Virus record (IMG/VR): IMGVR_UViG_3300020177_001482
Location: 24,898 to 88,897 of that record
Direction: 5' to 3' (one strand)
DNA: 64,000 bases
DNA from: a virus
The notes beneath the pieces were generated by a model. That model did not search any database. It saw only the letters and a program-made list of their open reading frames with translations, and had not been told where the DNA came from. This document shows, in pieces, positions 28,471 to 38,772 of the stretch; position 1 is the stretch's first letter; every line of letters begins with the position of its first letter. The position numbers and the translations under genes are program-made.

Positions 28471-29542
28471 AGTACTCCTTGATGGAATCGCAAACGTATA
28501 AAACCTCGTTCTTCTTAAGGAAAGGATGTATGGGCAACGAGATCACGTCCTGACAGAACTTTTCTGCATTTGGCATTTCCTGTCCTGTGTAAAACATCTT
28601 CATCCTTGCCATGGATTGTGGATAATGTATTTGCGTCTGTATACCTTTGCCATCCAGGAACGCTTTGAGTCCGTCCCTGTCCTGTGCCCGAATAACAAGT
28701 TTGTGATTATTTGAAACAGTGTACAGACTCGATTCTATAGAACTGATTCCTGCGTCGTCTAATTTCCTAGTGTACCACTGCCTAACCTTTTTTGATCTAG
28801 ACAACAATGACTTATACTTGGAAAGTAAAAAATTCAAAATGTTGGCATGGTCGTTGCTCAGGCATGAGTTGTATCCGTATTCTAACTTGCCCGTGCCTTT
28901 GCCGTGATATCGTAGGCTACGGATAAACTTCGCTTCGTCAATGTCATCTGTAAGTACCATCCCCCCGTTGCCAAAACAAGGCAATGGTTTGCTTGGGGCA
29001 AAACTGAGACTGCTTATGTCACCTAATTTGCCACTTGGTATTTTTTTGTAAAAACTTCCGAGGCTCTGTGCGGCATCCTCTATGAGAGGTATTTTGTGTT
29101 TGTCACAGTACTGTCTTAGCCTATCATAATCTGCAAGATTGCCAAATAGGTTCACGTACACTAATGCATCGGGTAAGATTGTGGCAGGTAGATTTGCGAT
29201 CAATCCTTTCCTGTCAACATCAACGAAAGTTATTGTCGCTCCGGTCCTTTTAATCGCTTCCGCTGTGGCTAGATAACTGACCGCTGGACACAGCACATTT
29301 GATCCTGGTCCTATTCCTTTGGCCATTAAAGAAAAATAAAGTGCGTCGGTGCCACTACCTACCGCTACTCCATAGTTTCTCTTTGTGAATTTTGCTACAG
29401 ACTTTTCAAATTTGTCTAGCCAAGATCCTGCTGTATGGCTACTACTAACAACATCGCCTGATCTCCAAACTTCTTTTGCCCTACGTGTGATTCTCCAACT
29501 GTAGGCATCATAGATCCTATCCACTCCACCAAACTTAATCAT
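28460..29542 (-). CDS. DegT/DnrJ/EryC1 PLP-dependent sugar aminotransferase
   Basis: GSGTDAL, IEDAAQSLG, SFAPSKPLPCFGNGG, SLPIHP. Confidence 0.92.
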   Translation of the reverse strand: MIKFGGVDRIYDAYSWRITRRAKEVWRSGDVVSSSHTAGSWLDKFEKSVAKFTKRNYGVAVGSGTDALYFSLMAKGIGPGSNVLCPAVSYLATAEAIKRTGATITFVDVDRKGLIANLPATILPDALVYVNLFGNLADYDRLRQYCDKHKIPLIEDAAQSLGSFYKKIPSGKLGDISSLSFAPSKPLPCFGNGGMVLTDDIDEAKFIRSLRYHGKGTGKLEYGYNSCLSNDHANILNFLLSKYKSLLSRSKKVRQWYTRKLDDAGISSIESSLYTVSNNHKLVIRAQDRDGLKAFLDGKGIQTQIHYPQSMARMKMFYTGQEMPNAEKFCQDVISLPIHPFLKKNEVLYVCDSIKEYYGV

Positions 29543-29691
29543 CAGAATTCTTTCTTAACACCAACATGTGGATTCTCCACGCAACTGTTGGTTATTTCTT
29601 TTATTGTCTCTTTGTTTAAATCTACGTCACAACTGGCACTGGGTTTGATCCCACAACCCACACACAACAATAGTATTATTAGATATTTCAT
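29542..29691 (-). CDS. Unlisted 49-aa putative lipoprotein (MKYLIILLLCVGCGIKPSASCDVDLNKETIKEITNSCVENPHVGVKKEF)
   Basis: Basic N-terminus, hydrophobic h-region, lipobox-like CVG|C; coupled to both neighbours. Confidence 0.65.
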   Translation of the reverse strand: MKYLIILLLCVGCGIKPSASCDVDLNKETIKEITNSCVENPHVGVKKEF

Positions 29692-31160
29692 CCCAGTACT
29701 CTCACTCCGTATTTGTTGGTAAACGCTCTACCATCCGCCCTGTCATTCACAATTGGTTGTCCCTTTATATTCAAACTGGTGTTCAAAAGTATGGGGCAAC
29801 CCGTCTGTTTTTTCCATTCCGTCAACAACGCATGGAACCCTGGATTATCCGTCTTACGCACCGTTTGAACCCTACTTGTGTGATCATGATGTATTATGGC
29901 AGGGAAGTCTTTACCATGCGTACACGCCGCTGTAAATTGCATATAAGGGGTGTTTTGAACTGCTTTAGGTAGCTCAAAATACTCGTTTACATCCTCCTCT
30001 AATATGGCCGGAGCGAACGGTCTGAACTTCTGTCTTTTCTTGATGCTGTTTACCAGATCCTTGATGTCCTCACCCCTGGGATCGGCCAACAGCGATCTAT
30101 TACCAAGTGCCCTAGGACCAAACTCCGCCCTGCCGCTGGCCACTCCCACCATCTTGTTTTCCTTCAATTCTTTAATCAGGCTGTCCACCGGATACTCGCC
30201 ATCTATCTCGTGTCCCAGGAATGGGTGTTGCCAATCAAGATGCTTTTTCTCATGTGCGGCTATACAGCCTAGGCTTGATCCTGCGTCACCTGGGTTTGGA
30301 ACAATCCATATGTTGTCAAACAATCCCATGTTGGCCAACACCCTGTTGGCGGCACAGTTCAATGCTACACCGCCTGCATACACAAGATTACGTGATCCAT
30401 ACTTGCTGGCCCTGTGCCATAATTCTGCAAGGCATTCTTCTGTGACTGCCTGTATGCTGGCGGCTATGTCCATCACATCTGCATTTGGCTCCCAGTCGCT
30501 CAATCCCCTGTGTAGATTCTTTTTCAGTTTGAAAGGTGTCTGATACACGAAATCATCATAGATCTTTTGTTTGTATTTTGGTGTTCCGTACGCGGCCATG
30601 CCCATCAGGATGTATTCCTCTTCCGCTGGCTTGAGTCCACATCGATGTGTGAAAGCACTGTACAGTATTCCTATGCTGTGCGGATAGTTTAGTGTTTCTT
30701 TTCTTTCAACCAAGGTCTTGTCTGCCGTTGATATCGATACAGTCTCCCATTCTCCTATTGCATCCACTGTCAGTATTGTTGCTCCTGTGTCCTTGAAAGG
30801 TGACGTGAAGTATCCTGCCGCGGCGTGTGAGTCGTGGTGTTTCACGTACTCATCTATCTTGATTCCAAAGTGATCCAAGTGCCATTGTGGCATCTCGGTG
30901 TAACTCATGGCCAATCCGTACTGTCCCGCGTAGAACTGTCTGGTCTTCTTCAACAGTGGTAGTTCGTAATACACTACCTTATCAAATGGCCCAAAAGTTT
31001 TGGCCTCGTCCACTATCTTTTGGTTAAGGTAGTGATCGTTCTTGACCTTACTATAACGTTCCGCATGTGCGGCCCACAATATCTCACCCGTGCCAGAACT
31101 GTAATCCACCACAGCCATGGCGGCATCGTGATTCATGCAGTTGATTCCTAATATCTTCAT
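29688..31160 (-). CDS. O-carbamoyltransferase (NodU/CmcH/TobZ family)
   Basis: HDAAMA, ERYSKVK, HHDSHA, GGVALNC, PGDAG, EFGPRALGNRS, FRPFAP, LLNTSLN. Confidence 0.95.
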   Translation of the reverse strand: MKILGINCMNHDAAMAVVDYSSGTGEILWAAHAERYSKVKNDHYLNQKIVDEAKTFGPFDKVVYYELPLLKKTRQFYAGQYGLAMSYTEMPQWHLDHFGIKIDEYVKHHDSHAAAGYFTSPFKDTGATILTVDAIGEWETVSISTADKTLVERKETLNYPHSIGILYSAFTHRCGLKPAEEEYILMGMAAYGTPKYKQKIYDDFVYQTPFKLKKNLHRGLSDWEPNADVMDIAASIQAVTEECLAELWHRASKYGSRNLVYAGGVALNCAANRVLANMGLFDNIWIVPNPGDAGSSLGCIAAHEKKHLDWQHPFLGHEIDGEYPVDSLIKELKENKMVGVASGRAEFGPRALGNRSLLADPRGEDIKDLVNSIKKRQKFRPFAPAILEEDVNEYFELPKAVQNTPYMQFTAACTHGKDFPAIIHHDHTSRVQTVRKTDNPGFHALLTEWKKQTGCPILLNTSLNIKGQPIVNDRADGRAFTNKYGVRVLG

Positions 31161-31492
31161 CTACCTATTTCCCATCCTAACACCACACCATAGTTCTCTT
31201 CGCCGTTGTGCTTTTCATATGCTGGAGAGATGAAAAGTCCTCCTGCCTTGTATCTGATCATTGGCAGTACGTCCTCTAATTCATATCCCGTCACCAACCC
31301 TATTTCTAGAGTCCAGTATTCATCCAGCTCAAATTCTCTGCCAACGTATGTGCTGATCCTGTCCTCGGAGTTGTAATACACACCTGCTATATTGTCGTCC
31401 ACTGTGCACCTTGCGTGTGGATGAATGTTGTTGTAATCCGCTTCCAGACCAACATGCATTGACAGTGCCAAGAACAATCCTAAACAGTTCAT
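31157..31492 (-). CDS. Small putative outer-membrane beta-barrel protein (PagP-like pattern)
   Basis: YYNS..S.Y.G, GLVTGY, alternating strands ending YGVVLGWEI. Confidence 0.45.
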   Translation of the reverse strand: MNCLGLFLALSMHVGLEADYNNIHPHARCTVDDNIAGVYYNSEDRISTYVGREFELDEYWTLEIGLVTGYELEDVLPMIRYKAGGLFISPAYEKHNGEENYGVVLGWEIGR

Positions 31493-32046
31493 TTGATGTT
31501 GAACCATCCTTTCGCCCTGTCCCTGAACTTCTCCCATTCATTCAACTCTACGTCATACTCGAAATTCTGTGTTGTGAGGTTGACCTGCACTTCCTTGGCT
31601 CCGTTCTTGAGATGGAACTTACGTGCCATGTCCGTGAGAGGACTCAACGTGATCAACCTGTTGAGATGGTTTGATTGTTTGATCATCTTGTACACTTCAT
31701 TGACCATGTGCTTTCCGCCACCTTTCTTCTTGGCCCACACCGTGTAGGCTATCGCTATAGAACCCTGTTGTCCTGCCCTGTGTATCGCCTGCATGGCGGC
31801 GTCTTTACTCATTGTGTCCATCTCCTCCACGCTCTTAGGTATGCCATGTGTGAATGCGAAACACATTACAGCCGCTATGTCTCCCTCCTCGTCCTTGATT
31901 CCGTATATCTTCCTGCCGTATGCCTGTCTGAACTCCAGACTAAGTTCAGGTCGCACAGGATCTTCCGTGACATCTATGTACGGCAGTTCGATCAGTTCGA
32001 ACCGGGGCGTCTTTTCCAACGCTTTCTTAATTTTTTTGAGCACCAT
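31489..32046 (-). CDS. GNAT-like fold protein
   Basis: AYTVWAKKKGGGK acyl-CoA-type loop, TLSP, ARKFHLKNGA. Confidence 0.5.
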   Translation of the reverse strand: MVLKKIKKALEKTPRFELIELPYIDVTEDPVRPELSLEFRQAYGRKIYGIKDEEGDIAAVMCFAFTHGIPKSVEEMDTMSKDAAMQAIHRAGQQGSIAIAYTVWAKKKGGGKHMVNEVYKMIKQSNHLNRLITLSPLTDMARKFHLKNGAKEVQVNLTTQNFEYDVELNEWEKFRDRAKGWFNIK

Positions 32047-32047
32047 C

Positions 32048-32152
32048 CTATTTGTATATGAATGGATCTTTCTTCTTTAACTCTTTGAGTCTCTTCCTGT
32101 ATTTGATCTCTTGCCGGATCTTGTTGATCAGATTCTTTATCCAAGTGAACAT
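32048..32152 (-). CDS. Unlisted 34-aa basic peptide (MFTWIKNLINKIRQEIKYRKRLKELKKKDPFIYK)
   Basis: TAATG-coupled to the upstream gene and exactly fills the gap; PFIY C-terminus. Confidence 0.7.
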   Translation of the reverse strand: MFTWIKNLINKIRQEIKYRKRLKELKKKDPFIYK

Positions 32153-32946
32153 TATCTGTCTCCTATCAGTTTGTTAAAAGTTGGTAACATTAATTTTACA
32201 GCATCTTGGTGTGCCTCGTCAAGTGGATGTGTGGTGCCACGTGGATAGTCATTCAAAAGTGCCCATTGATTGAAACCCATCATCCTCTCTCCAAAACTAT
32301 ACCATTTGGTAAAATCAATCTCACCATGCAATGCCTTCATTAAAGGATCCTGGTCTTTGTGTTGTTTCAATTCGTCATAAAACAAGGTATTGTCTGCCAG
32401 TGTGAACATGTATGGTATTTGTTTCTTCTCCAGAATATTCTGCAACCAGATTATGCTCTTCCAACTGAGGTAGGTCTCATGGTACGGGTTGGCCGCATAT
32501 TTGTATATGGCCTCGGCAAAAGGTTTTACCCCAGATTCTAGCATGTTGTTTTGTCTGGTTTTCCATTGCTCCTGCTGTGTCTCTGATCCCTGTATAGTCC
32601 TGAATGCTTCCTCGTTTCCCCTTGTCGTGTCCCATGGTGAGATACTTGTCCACCTTGTGTCCTCTAACATTCCATTCATGGGCATGGCCCAATCATAACG
32701 TGAGAGAAAACTCCACATGACCAGCACACAATCAACGTCTCTGTTCTGTGACACCGCCTTGAATGTCCTACGAGCTATAGCACTGTTGCCTGCTCCACCA
32801 GACGCAGTGCATATGTAGTCATCGTGTGTTGCTTCTGTGAGCCTGTAGGCCCATGCCTTCTTGGATGGTGTCTTGCCGCCCACATCATCCGAGAGTTCAT
32901 TCCCTAGCGTGAAACTGCAACCTCCTATAATTACTTTCTTACTCAT
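32152..32946 (-). CDS. SGNH-hydrolase-like protein
   Basis: GGCSFT, GAGN, MWS...R, THP..AH. Confidence 0.65.
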   Translation of the reverse strand: MSKKVIIGGCSFTLGNELSDDVGGKTPSKKAWAYRLTEATHDDYICTASGGAGNSAIARRTFKAVSQNRDVDCVLVMWSFLSRYDWAMPMNGMLEDTRWTSISPWDTTRGNEEAFRTIQGSETQQEQWKTRQNNMLESGVKPFAEAIYKYAANPYHETYLSWKSIIWLQNILEKKQIPYMFTLADNTLFYDELKQHKDQDPLMKALHGEIDFTKWYSFGERMMGFNQWALLNDYPRGTTHPLDEAHQDAVKLMLPTFNKLIGDR

Positions 32947-34120
32947 ATATCCTCAGTATGTTATTTAAAAGTGGAAACATGTCTCCAAAATTTTCCTTCC
33001 GGTACTTGTCTGTCTGTAATATCCTCGCTTTACGTTGTTCTCTGATCTCTGGTGTGTCCCTATCAGCGGCGTTCATGAAACGTATGCTGGGCTGATAATC
33101 AGTCAGCATGTGATACCTGTCTGTAACTATGTCCTTGACCTGTCGTGGCAGTGTTTGAATATTAAACACATCTGGATCAAAGCAAGTGTTTACGTAAAAA
33201 AAATTGGGTTGAAACTGTGCCACCCATAACGCTATCTTGGCCCAGTTAAACACATTGAATATTGATACTGTTGAACATATCTGGAAGTCCATGTTAGGTG
33301 TTTTCATTTCTTTGAACTTGACAAGATTTCCATTTACCTCCCTCCAATTGGCAGGATGCCTCTGGTATTCGAAAGGTTCTCCAACGTCATCGATGCTGAA
33401 CGCTACTTCTACGTGTTTAAAATAACTCCAAAGATCGAAAATATCTTGCGGTGGCAACTGTGTACCGTTAGTGTTATAATGAATGTCAATGTTCCTTGCA
33501 TATCCCTTTTCAACACAATGCATCAGGATCTTAAAGTGATCCTTAATCATGAACGGTTCTCCGCCCGTGAATTCGAAGTACTCAACATGCTTGAGATCAT
33601 CCTGCAACTCCTCGAAGAACTGTGGATTGCGTTTTGGCCATCCACCTTCCTTGAGTTGCATCCTTGCTAGTGGGTTATCTCCACCCTTGGCCGTCTCATA
33701 ATCTATTTCCTCCTGTGCCCACTTGCTGGAACTCCAGGAACCGCATATCCTACACTTTAAATTACACACGTTGCCTAACTTAAAATCAATAAATTTCAGC
33801 GTTGGCTCGTTATTAGGTGTCCAGTCTGTAAGACTAGTCTTCATCTTGTACAGTGAATTTTGTCTTTTACTTGTCTTTCCTGCATTTTCTTCTTGCCAAC
33901 AACTTTGACACCCTTTAGGACGTTCACCGTTACGGAACTGCTCACGTAAATTTTCCATATATGCATTGTCTTGAATTGACTTAAGACTCTGTTCGAACAC
34001 TTTGACATCAGGTACACTTCCTTTGTATAGACAGCATGGAGATGCTCCACCGTTAACATCAACCTCAAGATGTGTCCAAGGTAGCGGACACACATTTGAT
34101 TTTATATACTTGTCCACCAT
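32939..34120 (-). CDS. Radical SAM protein with N-terminal twitch/SPASM domain (#5)
   Basis: CPLPW..PCC..CQSCW, CNLKCRIC, TGGEP, YNTNGT, SIDD. Confidence 0.92.
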   Translation of the reverse strand: MVDKYIKSNVCPLPWTHLEVDVNGGASPCCLYKGSVPDVKVFEQSLKSIQDNAYMENLREQFRNGERPKGCQSCWQEENAGKTSKRQNSLYKMKTSLTDWTPNNEPTLKFIDFKLGNVCNLKCRICGSWSSSKWAQEEIDYETAKGGDNPLARMQLKEGGWPKRNPQFFEELQDDLKHVEYFEFTGGEPFMIKDHFKILMHCVEKGYARNIDIHYNTNGTQLPPQDIFDLWSYFKHVEVAFSIDDVGEPFEYQRHPANWREVNGNLVKFKEMKTPNMDFQICSTVSIFNVFNWAKIALWVAQFQPNFFYVNTCFDPDVFNIQTLPRQVKDIVTDRYHMLTDYQPSIRFMNAADRDTPEIREQRKARILQTDKYRKENFGDMFPLLNNILRIYE

Positions 34121-35442
34121 TCGAATGCTCTCTTGTTATTTTGTAAGATTTTAGTTATGTCTGTTCCCCTTATCCTGTCTAACCTTTCGATTTCTGCTTT
34201 GCCTTTTTTTTGTCCTTCTATGTATTTCTCTTTATCGTACACATATTCGTTGTTTCTCTTCTGCTTTTGCATTTCGTCCAACTGTGAAAAAAAATTCCTT
34301 AAATTTTTATTTTTATACTTGATAGTTTTTTCTCTCACATCATCAATAATCTCAGACATTATGTCATATGGCATGAACAATGGTGCTATGGCATTATCAT
34401 GTGAGAAATTGAATACTTGTTTTGTCAATAATTCTATCCCTAGGTCGTTGCTTAGGTGAACCATGTTTTCAAGGTCAAAAAGTCCAGGCAGTGTTATAGT
34501 GAGGTCCAACTGCATACGTTTGTAATCGTGGTTATTGTCACAAAACTGTAGACCGTATTTGATGTTGTCCAACCATTCATTATACTTGAGACCTGTTCTA
34601 ATATATTCTCCAATCTCACCTGTGCCGTCTATAGATGCACATATCTGGAATTTTGGGAAATACTTTAGTAAGTCATCAAAAAGATTCTTGCCATAAAAAT
34701 TTATCCTACTCATGTTAGAATTGTATCTCGCTAACACCTTGTCTGCATATCCTAGTTCCTTAATTCTTTCCATTGCTGTCCAATGTATTTTCCACATCAG
34801 AGGTTCGCCTCCACACCAGTACAATTCAGTAATTCTTTTTTGTTCTACTGCTTCTACAAATTCTTTAACAATCTGTTGATCATGAAACTTTTGCAACTTC
34901 TCTTTGATATCTTTTCTACCCCATATCCTATAGTGTTCATAATCGCCTTTTCCGTGTTTTTTATTCTCGGTCTCCCATGTGCTTGATAACATGTCTCCAC
35001 ACATTCTACAACTGAAGTTGCAAAGGTTAGAGAACCTATAATCAAAACTTTCAACTTTCATCGTTGTTACACCTGTGGCGTCTGTGCTGTCAAATGCTTC
35101 GTTGATTTTGTTTTTATACAACCAATTGAAATGTTGTCTGTATACTTGTTCATTCAACAATTTGTAATTGCACACAGCACATTGAGGTATCTCCTCACCT
35201 GCTAACAGTTTAAGCCTTACACTTTTCATGTAGTCCGAGTTCCAATGTTGTTCCAAAGTCGTAAGATTCAATTTATCGTTATGACCTTTTGGATCAATAG
35301 TATCAATATACTGCTTGAAGTTTTCACTAGATTCACGTGAACTACAACACAACCTACGCTCCATTTGTGGCGACAAGTATGTGTGTGTCCATGGAGCCAT
35401 GCAAAAAGTCTTGTTTCCTTCGTTTGGTTTAATCCTTTTCAT
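34102..35442 (-). CDS. Radical SAM protein with N-terminal twitch/SPASM domain (#4)
   Basis: CMAPW..LCC..CAVC, CNFSCRMC, GGEP, SIDG..EYIRTG. Confidence 0.92.
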   Translation of the reverse strand: MKRIKPNEGNKTFCMAPWTHTYLSPQMERRLCCSSRESSENFKQYIDTIDPKGHNDKLNLTTLEQHWNSDYMKSVRLKLLAGEEIPQCAVCNYKLLNEQVYRQHFNWLYKNKINEAFDSTDATGVTTMKVESFDYRFSNLCNFSCRMCGDMLSSTWETENKKHGKGDYEHYRIWGRKDIKEKLQKFHDQQIVKEFVEAVEQKRITELYWCGGEPLMWKIHWTAMERIKELGYADKVLARYNSNMSRINFYGKNLFDDLLKYFPKFQICASIDGTGEIGEYIRTGLKYNEWLDNIKYGLQFCDNNHDYKRMQLDLTITLPGLFDLENMVHLSNDLGIELLTKQVFNFSHDNAIAPLFMPYDIMSEIIDDVREKTIKYKNKNLRNFFSQLDEMQKQKRNNEYVYDKEKYIEGQKKGKAEIERLDRIRGTDITKILQNNKRAFEWWTSI

Positions 35443-36712
35443 ATAACTCCGTGAGTTCTGGGAATACATCGAGAATATTTTCATCCCTGATCACATCCAA
35501 TTTATTCATTGCTTGTCTGAACTGTGGCAGGTCTTTACTGTTGTCCCTTCTCATCATGTAATCTATGCCTGATTCAAATCCTTTGGTTGCCCTAGTGAGA
35601 CTATCTAGAGGACGTAACCATTCAATATGTTTTTGATACTTTTCTTTCACCTTGTCTTTGAACGTTTCAGGCAACAGGTCAATTCTTTGTGCATAAGGAA
35701 ACTGTAACAAATTGAAGTTAAAATCCTGTGGTTTTAGCAATCCTTGATCTACCCAATTTCTATGGAAGTCAGGAATGTGTAGGGCATTTATAAGTCCAAC
35801 TGTAGAACTGATATAAAAGTCAACCTGTGGGCACACCTCTAACATCCTCTTTCTGTTAGCAACAATATCATTCCACACAGTTCCTTTACGCATGAACTCT
35901 CCACGTTTGCCTTCTGCATCTAGGCTGGCACCTATTGACACGGAATCAAACTTATTCCAAAGTTCAAGTACATCTATGTCCTTAAATTTTGTTTTAGTAA
36001 AATTCGTGTTGTAAATTAATCTTACGTGGTACATTTTACGCTTGTCTAATTCTTTCAATATCCTATAGTGCTCTTCCATTATTATTGGTTCACCACCAGC
36101 AAAATAAAATTGTTCTACATGCTCAAACTGATCTAACATCTGTTCCCATATGTCGTCACTGCTCCGTCCCACTTTCATTATCTTTGCATGGTTAGGAGGA
36201 GAACCTGTGAGTTTCTTGTGGTCTTCATACCAGTTACTACTGAACCATGTTCCGCAACTCCTACAGGCCAGGTTACATAGGTTACTAAATCTTATATCCC
36301 AATACTTGATAACAAAATCTGCTGTGCCGTCTGCCTGTGTGTTTTCAACCATTCCAATATTGTGTCCGAAGTGTTTGTTAGAGCTCAGTCGCAGGCTAAA
36401 AAATCCTGACTTCTCTTGGTCGTAACATTTAGAACAGTGTTTGCTGGCCTTGTTTGCCAGCATGTTCTTTCTGATGCCTTTCATCTCCTCGTTGTTGAAT
36501 ACTTCTGCCATGGAATTCTTGTTGAGATCACCTACTGGATATTTGTCCAATGCAAAACAACAAGGATACGCTCTACCGTCAGGGAAAGCATGTATGTGCA
36601 ACCATGGCATCATACAGAACGTGTCACTGTCTATCAACAACCCCTTTTCTTTGGACGTCATGTCTTTGATCTTTAGTTTCTCGGGCTCTTTGGCCCCATA
36701 ATCATAGGCCAC
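35429..36712 (-). CDS. Radical SAM protein with N-terminal twitch/SPASM domain (#3)
   Basis: CMMPW..PCC..CSKCY, CNLACRSC, AGGEP, YNTN, SLDA. Confidence 0.92.
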   Translation of the reverse strand: MAYDYGAKEPEKLKIKDMTSKEKGLLIDSDTFCMMPWLHIHAFPDGRAYPCCFALDKYPVGDLNKNSMAEVFNNEEMKGIRKNMLANKASKHCSKCYDQEKSGFFSLRLSSNKHFGHNIGMVENTQADGTADFVIKYWDIRFSNLCNLACRSCGTWFSSNWYEDHKKLTGSPPNHAKIMKVGRSSDDIWEQMLDQFEHVEQFYFAGGEPIIMEEHYRILKELDKRKMYHVRLIYNTNFTKTKFKDIDVLELWNKFDSVSIGASLDAEGKRGEFMRKGTVWNDIVANRKRMLEVCPQVDFYISSTVGLINALHIPDFHRNWVDQGLLKPQDFNFNLLQFPYAQRIDLLPETFKDKVKEKYQKHIEWLRPLDSLTRATKGFESGIDYMMRRDNSKDLPQFRQAMNKLDVIRDENILDVFPELTELYEKD

Positions 36713-38045
36713 GGTACCACTCTCCTATAATTGGGAAAGTCTTTTCAAAGTCCTTGCCTGATCGTTTGTCGTACTGACTGTAGAATTCCTTGAAGTCTTT
36801 CTGTAGTTTGCTCTGTTCGGCCGCATCCGCATGCGGTGTTTTCACAACATCAAGGTAGTCGATTAATCTCTGTGTTTGATCTATTTCCATGCTCTCCAAC
36901 CATCTGTTATTATTAGTTAAGAACTTTACCAAACCACCCTTAAATTTATTTCTAAGTTCATCTGGCAGTACAAGGGGTGACTGAAAACTAGGGAACCGCA
37001 ATATATTGAGTGTGAAATTGATTGTTGGTCCGTATACTTTGCTCGCACTCTTGAACCAAACCATCTTCTCTAAAAACTCAGGCAGTGTTTCTAAACACAA
37101 AGCATTTATGGTTGCCATGTTGTGTATTTCAGAAGGTACTTTGTCCACCATCATGTGTAAAAGGTTAGAATGCCATGTTCCAAAGTCCAATCCATCTCTG
37201 ATGTATTCTGCCTGTTGAAACGTTGCTTCGCAACTTGTGTACAAATGAAAGTTCTTGAACCCTTTCAGTTTCGTTTTGAATCTATCTATAATGCTTTGTT
37301 TCGCTCCTAGATTAGAGTTGATAGCAATACGCATGTCTGGGTTTATTTTGTCCCCCTGTGTTTCTATCCAATCCAACAACCTCCATAAGTTAGGAGACAT
37401 CATTGGCTCTCCACCCGTGATCCTTAATTCATCCAAACTCTTGTGCAGATCCGATTCCCACCACTTGTAGAATGCCTCGATGTATGGATTTGTCTCGTCC
37501 TTTTTATATGGTTCCGCTGAATCGTGTGCATGGGTGAAATGGTTACGTCCGTCTGACTTCAATCCTGTGTATGGCCCTTGTCTTTTGATGTTGTTTGCCC
37601 ACGTAGAACTGAATTGAGGATTACAATACGTACAGGCAAAATTACATGTCCTGTCAAATGCAATCTCAAGTGTTTTCAAATTAACATTATCCTTATAAGG
37701 TGATTCATATGCATTTTGTAGATCATCATTGGTGAATATCTTAGATTTATATACCCTGTCGCTTATGTTGTCTCTGCCAACATCTTCTATCTTCCAGCAG
37801 TACTCACATCCTGCAGGCCTCTCACCACACTGCATCTGTCTTCGTTGTTCTTTCTTTTGTCTTGTGTTGTGTATCGCACTTGGGTTTGTTTTTATCTCTT
37901 CGAGGTCAATCTTGTGTGGTAGTGGATGATGACAACTTGTGGTCATTCCACTGCCTAACCATATTGTAGCATTATACCACTTGGCTCCACAGAAACTTGC
38001 ACTCTTTGGATCTAGTATTTGTTTTTTATATTCAAGATCGTCCAT
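36702..38045 (-). CDS. Radical SAM protein with N-terminal twitch-like domain (#2)
   Basis: CGAKW..SCHHP..CEYCW, CNFACTYC, TGGEP, EYIRDG. Confidence 0.92.
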   Translation of the reverse strand: MDDLEYKKQILDPKSASFCGAKWYNATIWLGSGMTTSCHHPLPHKIDLEEIKTNPSAIHNTRQKKEQRRQMQCGERPAGCEYCWKIEDVGRDNISDRVYKSKIFTNDDLQNAYESPYKDNVNLKTLEIAFDRTCNFACTYCNPQFSSTWANNIKRQGPYTGLKSDGRNHFTHAHDSAEPYKKDETNPYIEAFYKWWESDLHKSLDELRITGGEPMMSPNLWRLLDWIETQGDKINPDMRIAINSNLGAKQSIIDRFKTKLKGFKNFHLYTSCEATFQQAEYIRDGLDFGTWHSNLLHMMVDKVPSEIHNMATINALCLETLPEFLEKMVWFKSASKVYGPTINFTLNILRFPSFQSPLVLPDELRNKFKGGLVKFLTNNNRWLESMEIDQTQRLIDYLDVVKTPHADAAEQSKLQKDFKEFYSQYDKRSGKDFEKTFPIIGEWYRGL

Positions 38046-38772
38046 CTTTTCCTTTGAAGTAGTCTTTTAACTTGTTGTATTCGTCTGTAGGACAAAGTAT
38101 TTCACTCCTAAACATAATGTCCTTGACCCAGTGGTAGTGTGCTATTGGCGGAGGGTGTGATTCGCCTGGCATGTAGTATTCTTTATAATTATCTTGCCCA
38201 AATTCCCACAATCCTTTTTTGTCTTCATAAAAAATAAACTTTGTCCAGTCTATGTGATTGTACAAAGTTTGTTCACTATTACTGTGGAAATTATGATTTA
38301 TGACATTCTTGTTGAACACCATCATTGTGTATGGTATTCTTTTCTTATCAAGGAATAGTTGTGTCCTTAAAATATGTTCAAGTGTTCTATAACTTTGATG
38401 CTGTTCATTCCAAAAATGTCGTCTAAAATAATCATGCTTGTCGGCAAGTCTATGTCCTCCGAACCAAGTGCTCCATTTGAAATCATCATCCCAGACACGA
38501 TAGGTTATACGTCCATCTAAATTATCGACGCCTTCGTCGAGAGTTATCACCTCATACCTGTCGGCTCCGGACCACATAATGTACATGTGTGCGATTTCCC
38601 TGTGTTTCATTGCACTGTTGATCACTGCCCTTGATATTGTTTCGTTCCCGCTGGCCGATCTGCCCTTGTTGAGCATGTGTGACCCACCGTCGAACCATGG
38701 GATAAATTTAGGCCAGCAATCCCATTTGAATCTTGTGAAACTGCAACCGTGTGCAACTGTAATATCAGGCAT
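38032..38772 (-). CDS. SGNH-hydrolase-like protein
   Basis: HGCSFT, ASGN, MWS..DR, SHP..AH. Confidence 0.65.
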   Translation of the reverse strand: MPDITVAHGCSFTRFKWDCWPKFIPWFDGGSHMLNKGRSASGNETISRAVINSAMKHREIAHMYIMWSGADRYEVITLDEGVDNLDGRITYRVWDDDFKWSTWFGGHRLADKHDYFRRHFWNEQHQSYRTLEHILRTQLFLDKKRIPYTMMVFNKNVINHNFHSNSEQTLYNHIDWTKFIFYEDKKGLWEFGQDNYKEYYMPGESHPPPIAHYHWVKDIMFRSEILCPTDEYNKLKDYFKGKDGRS

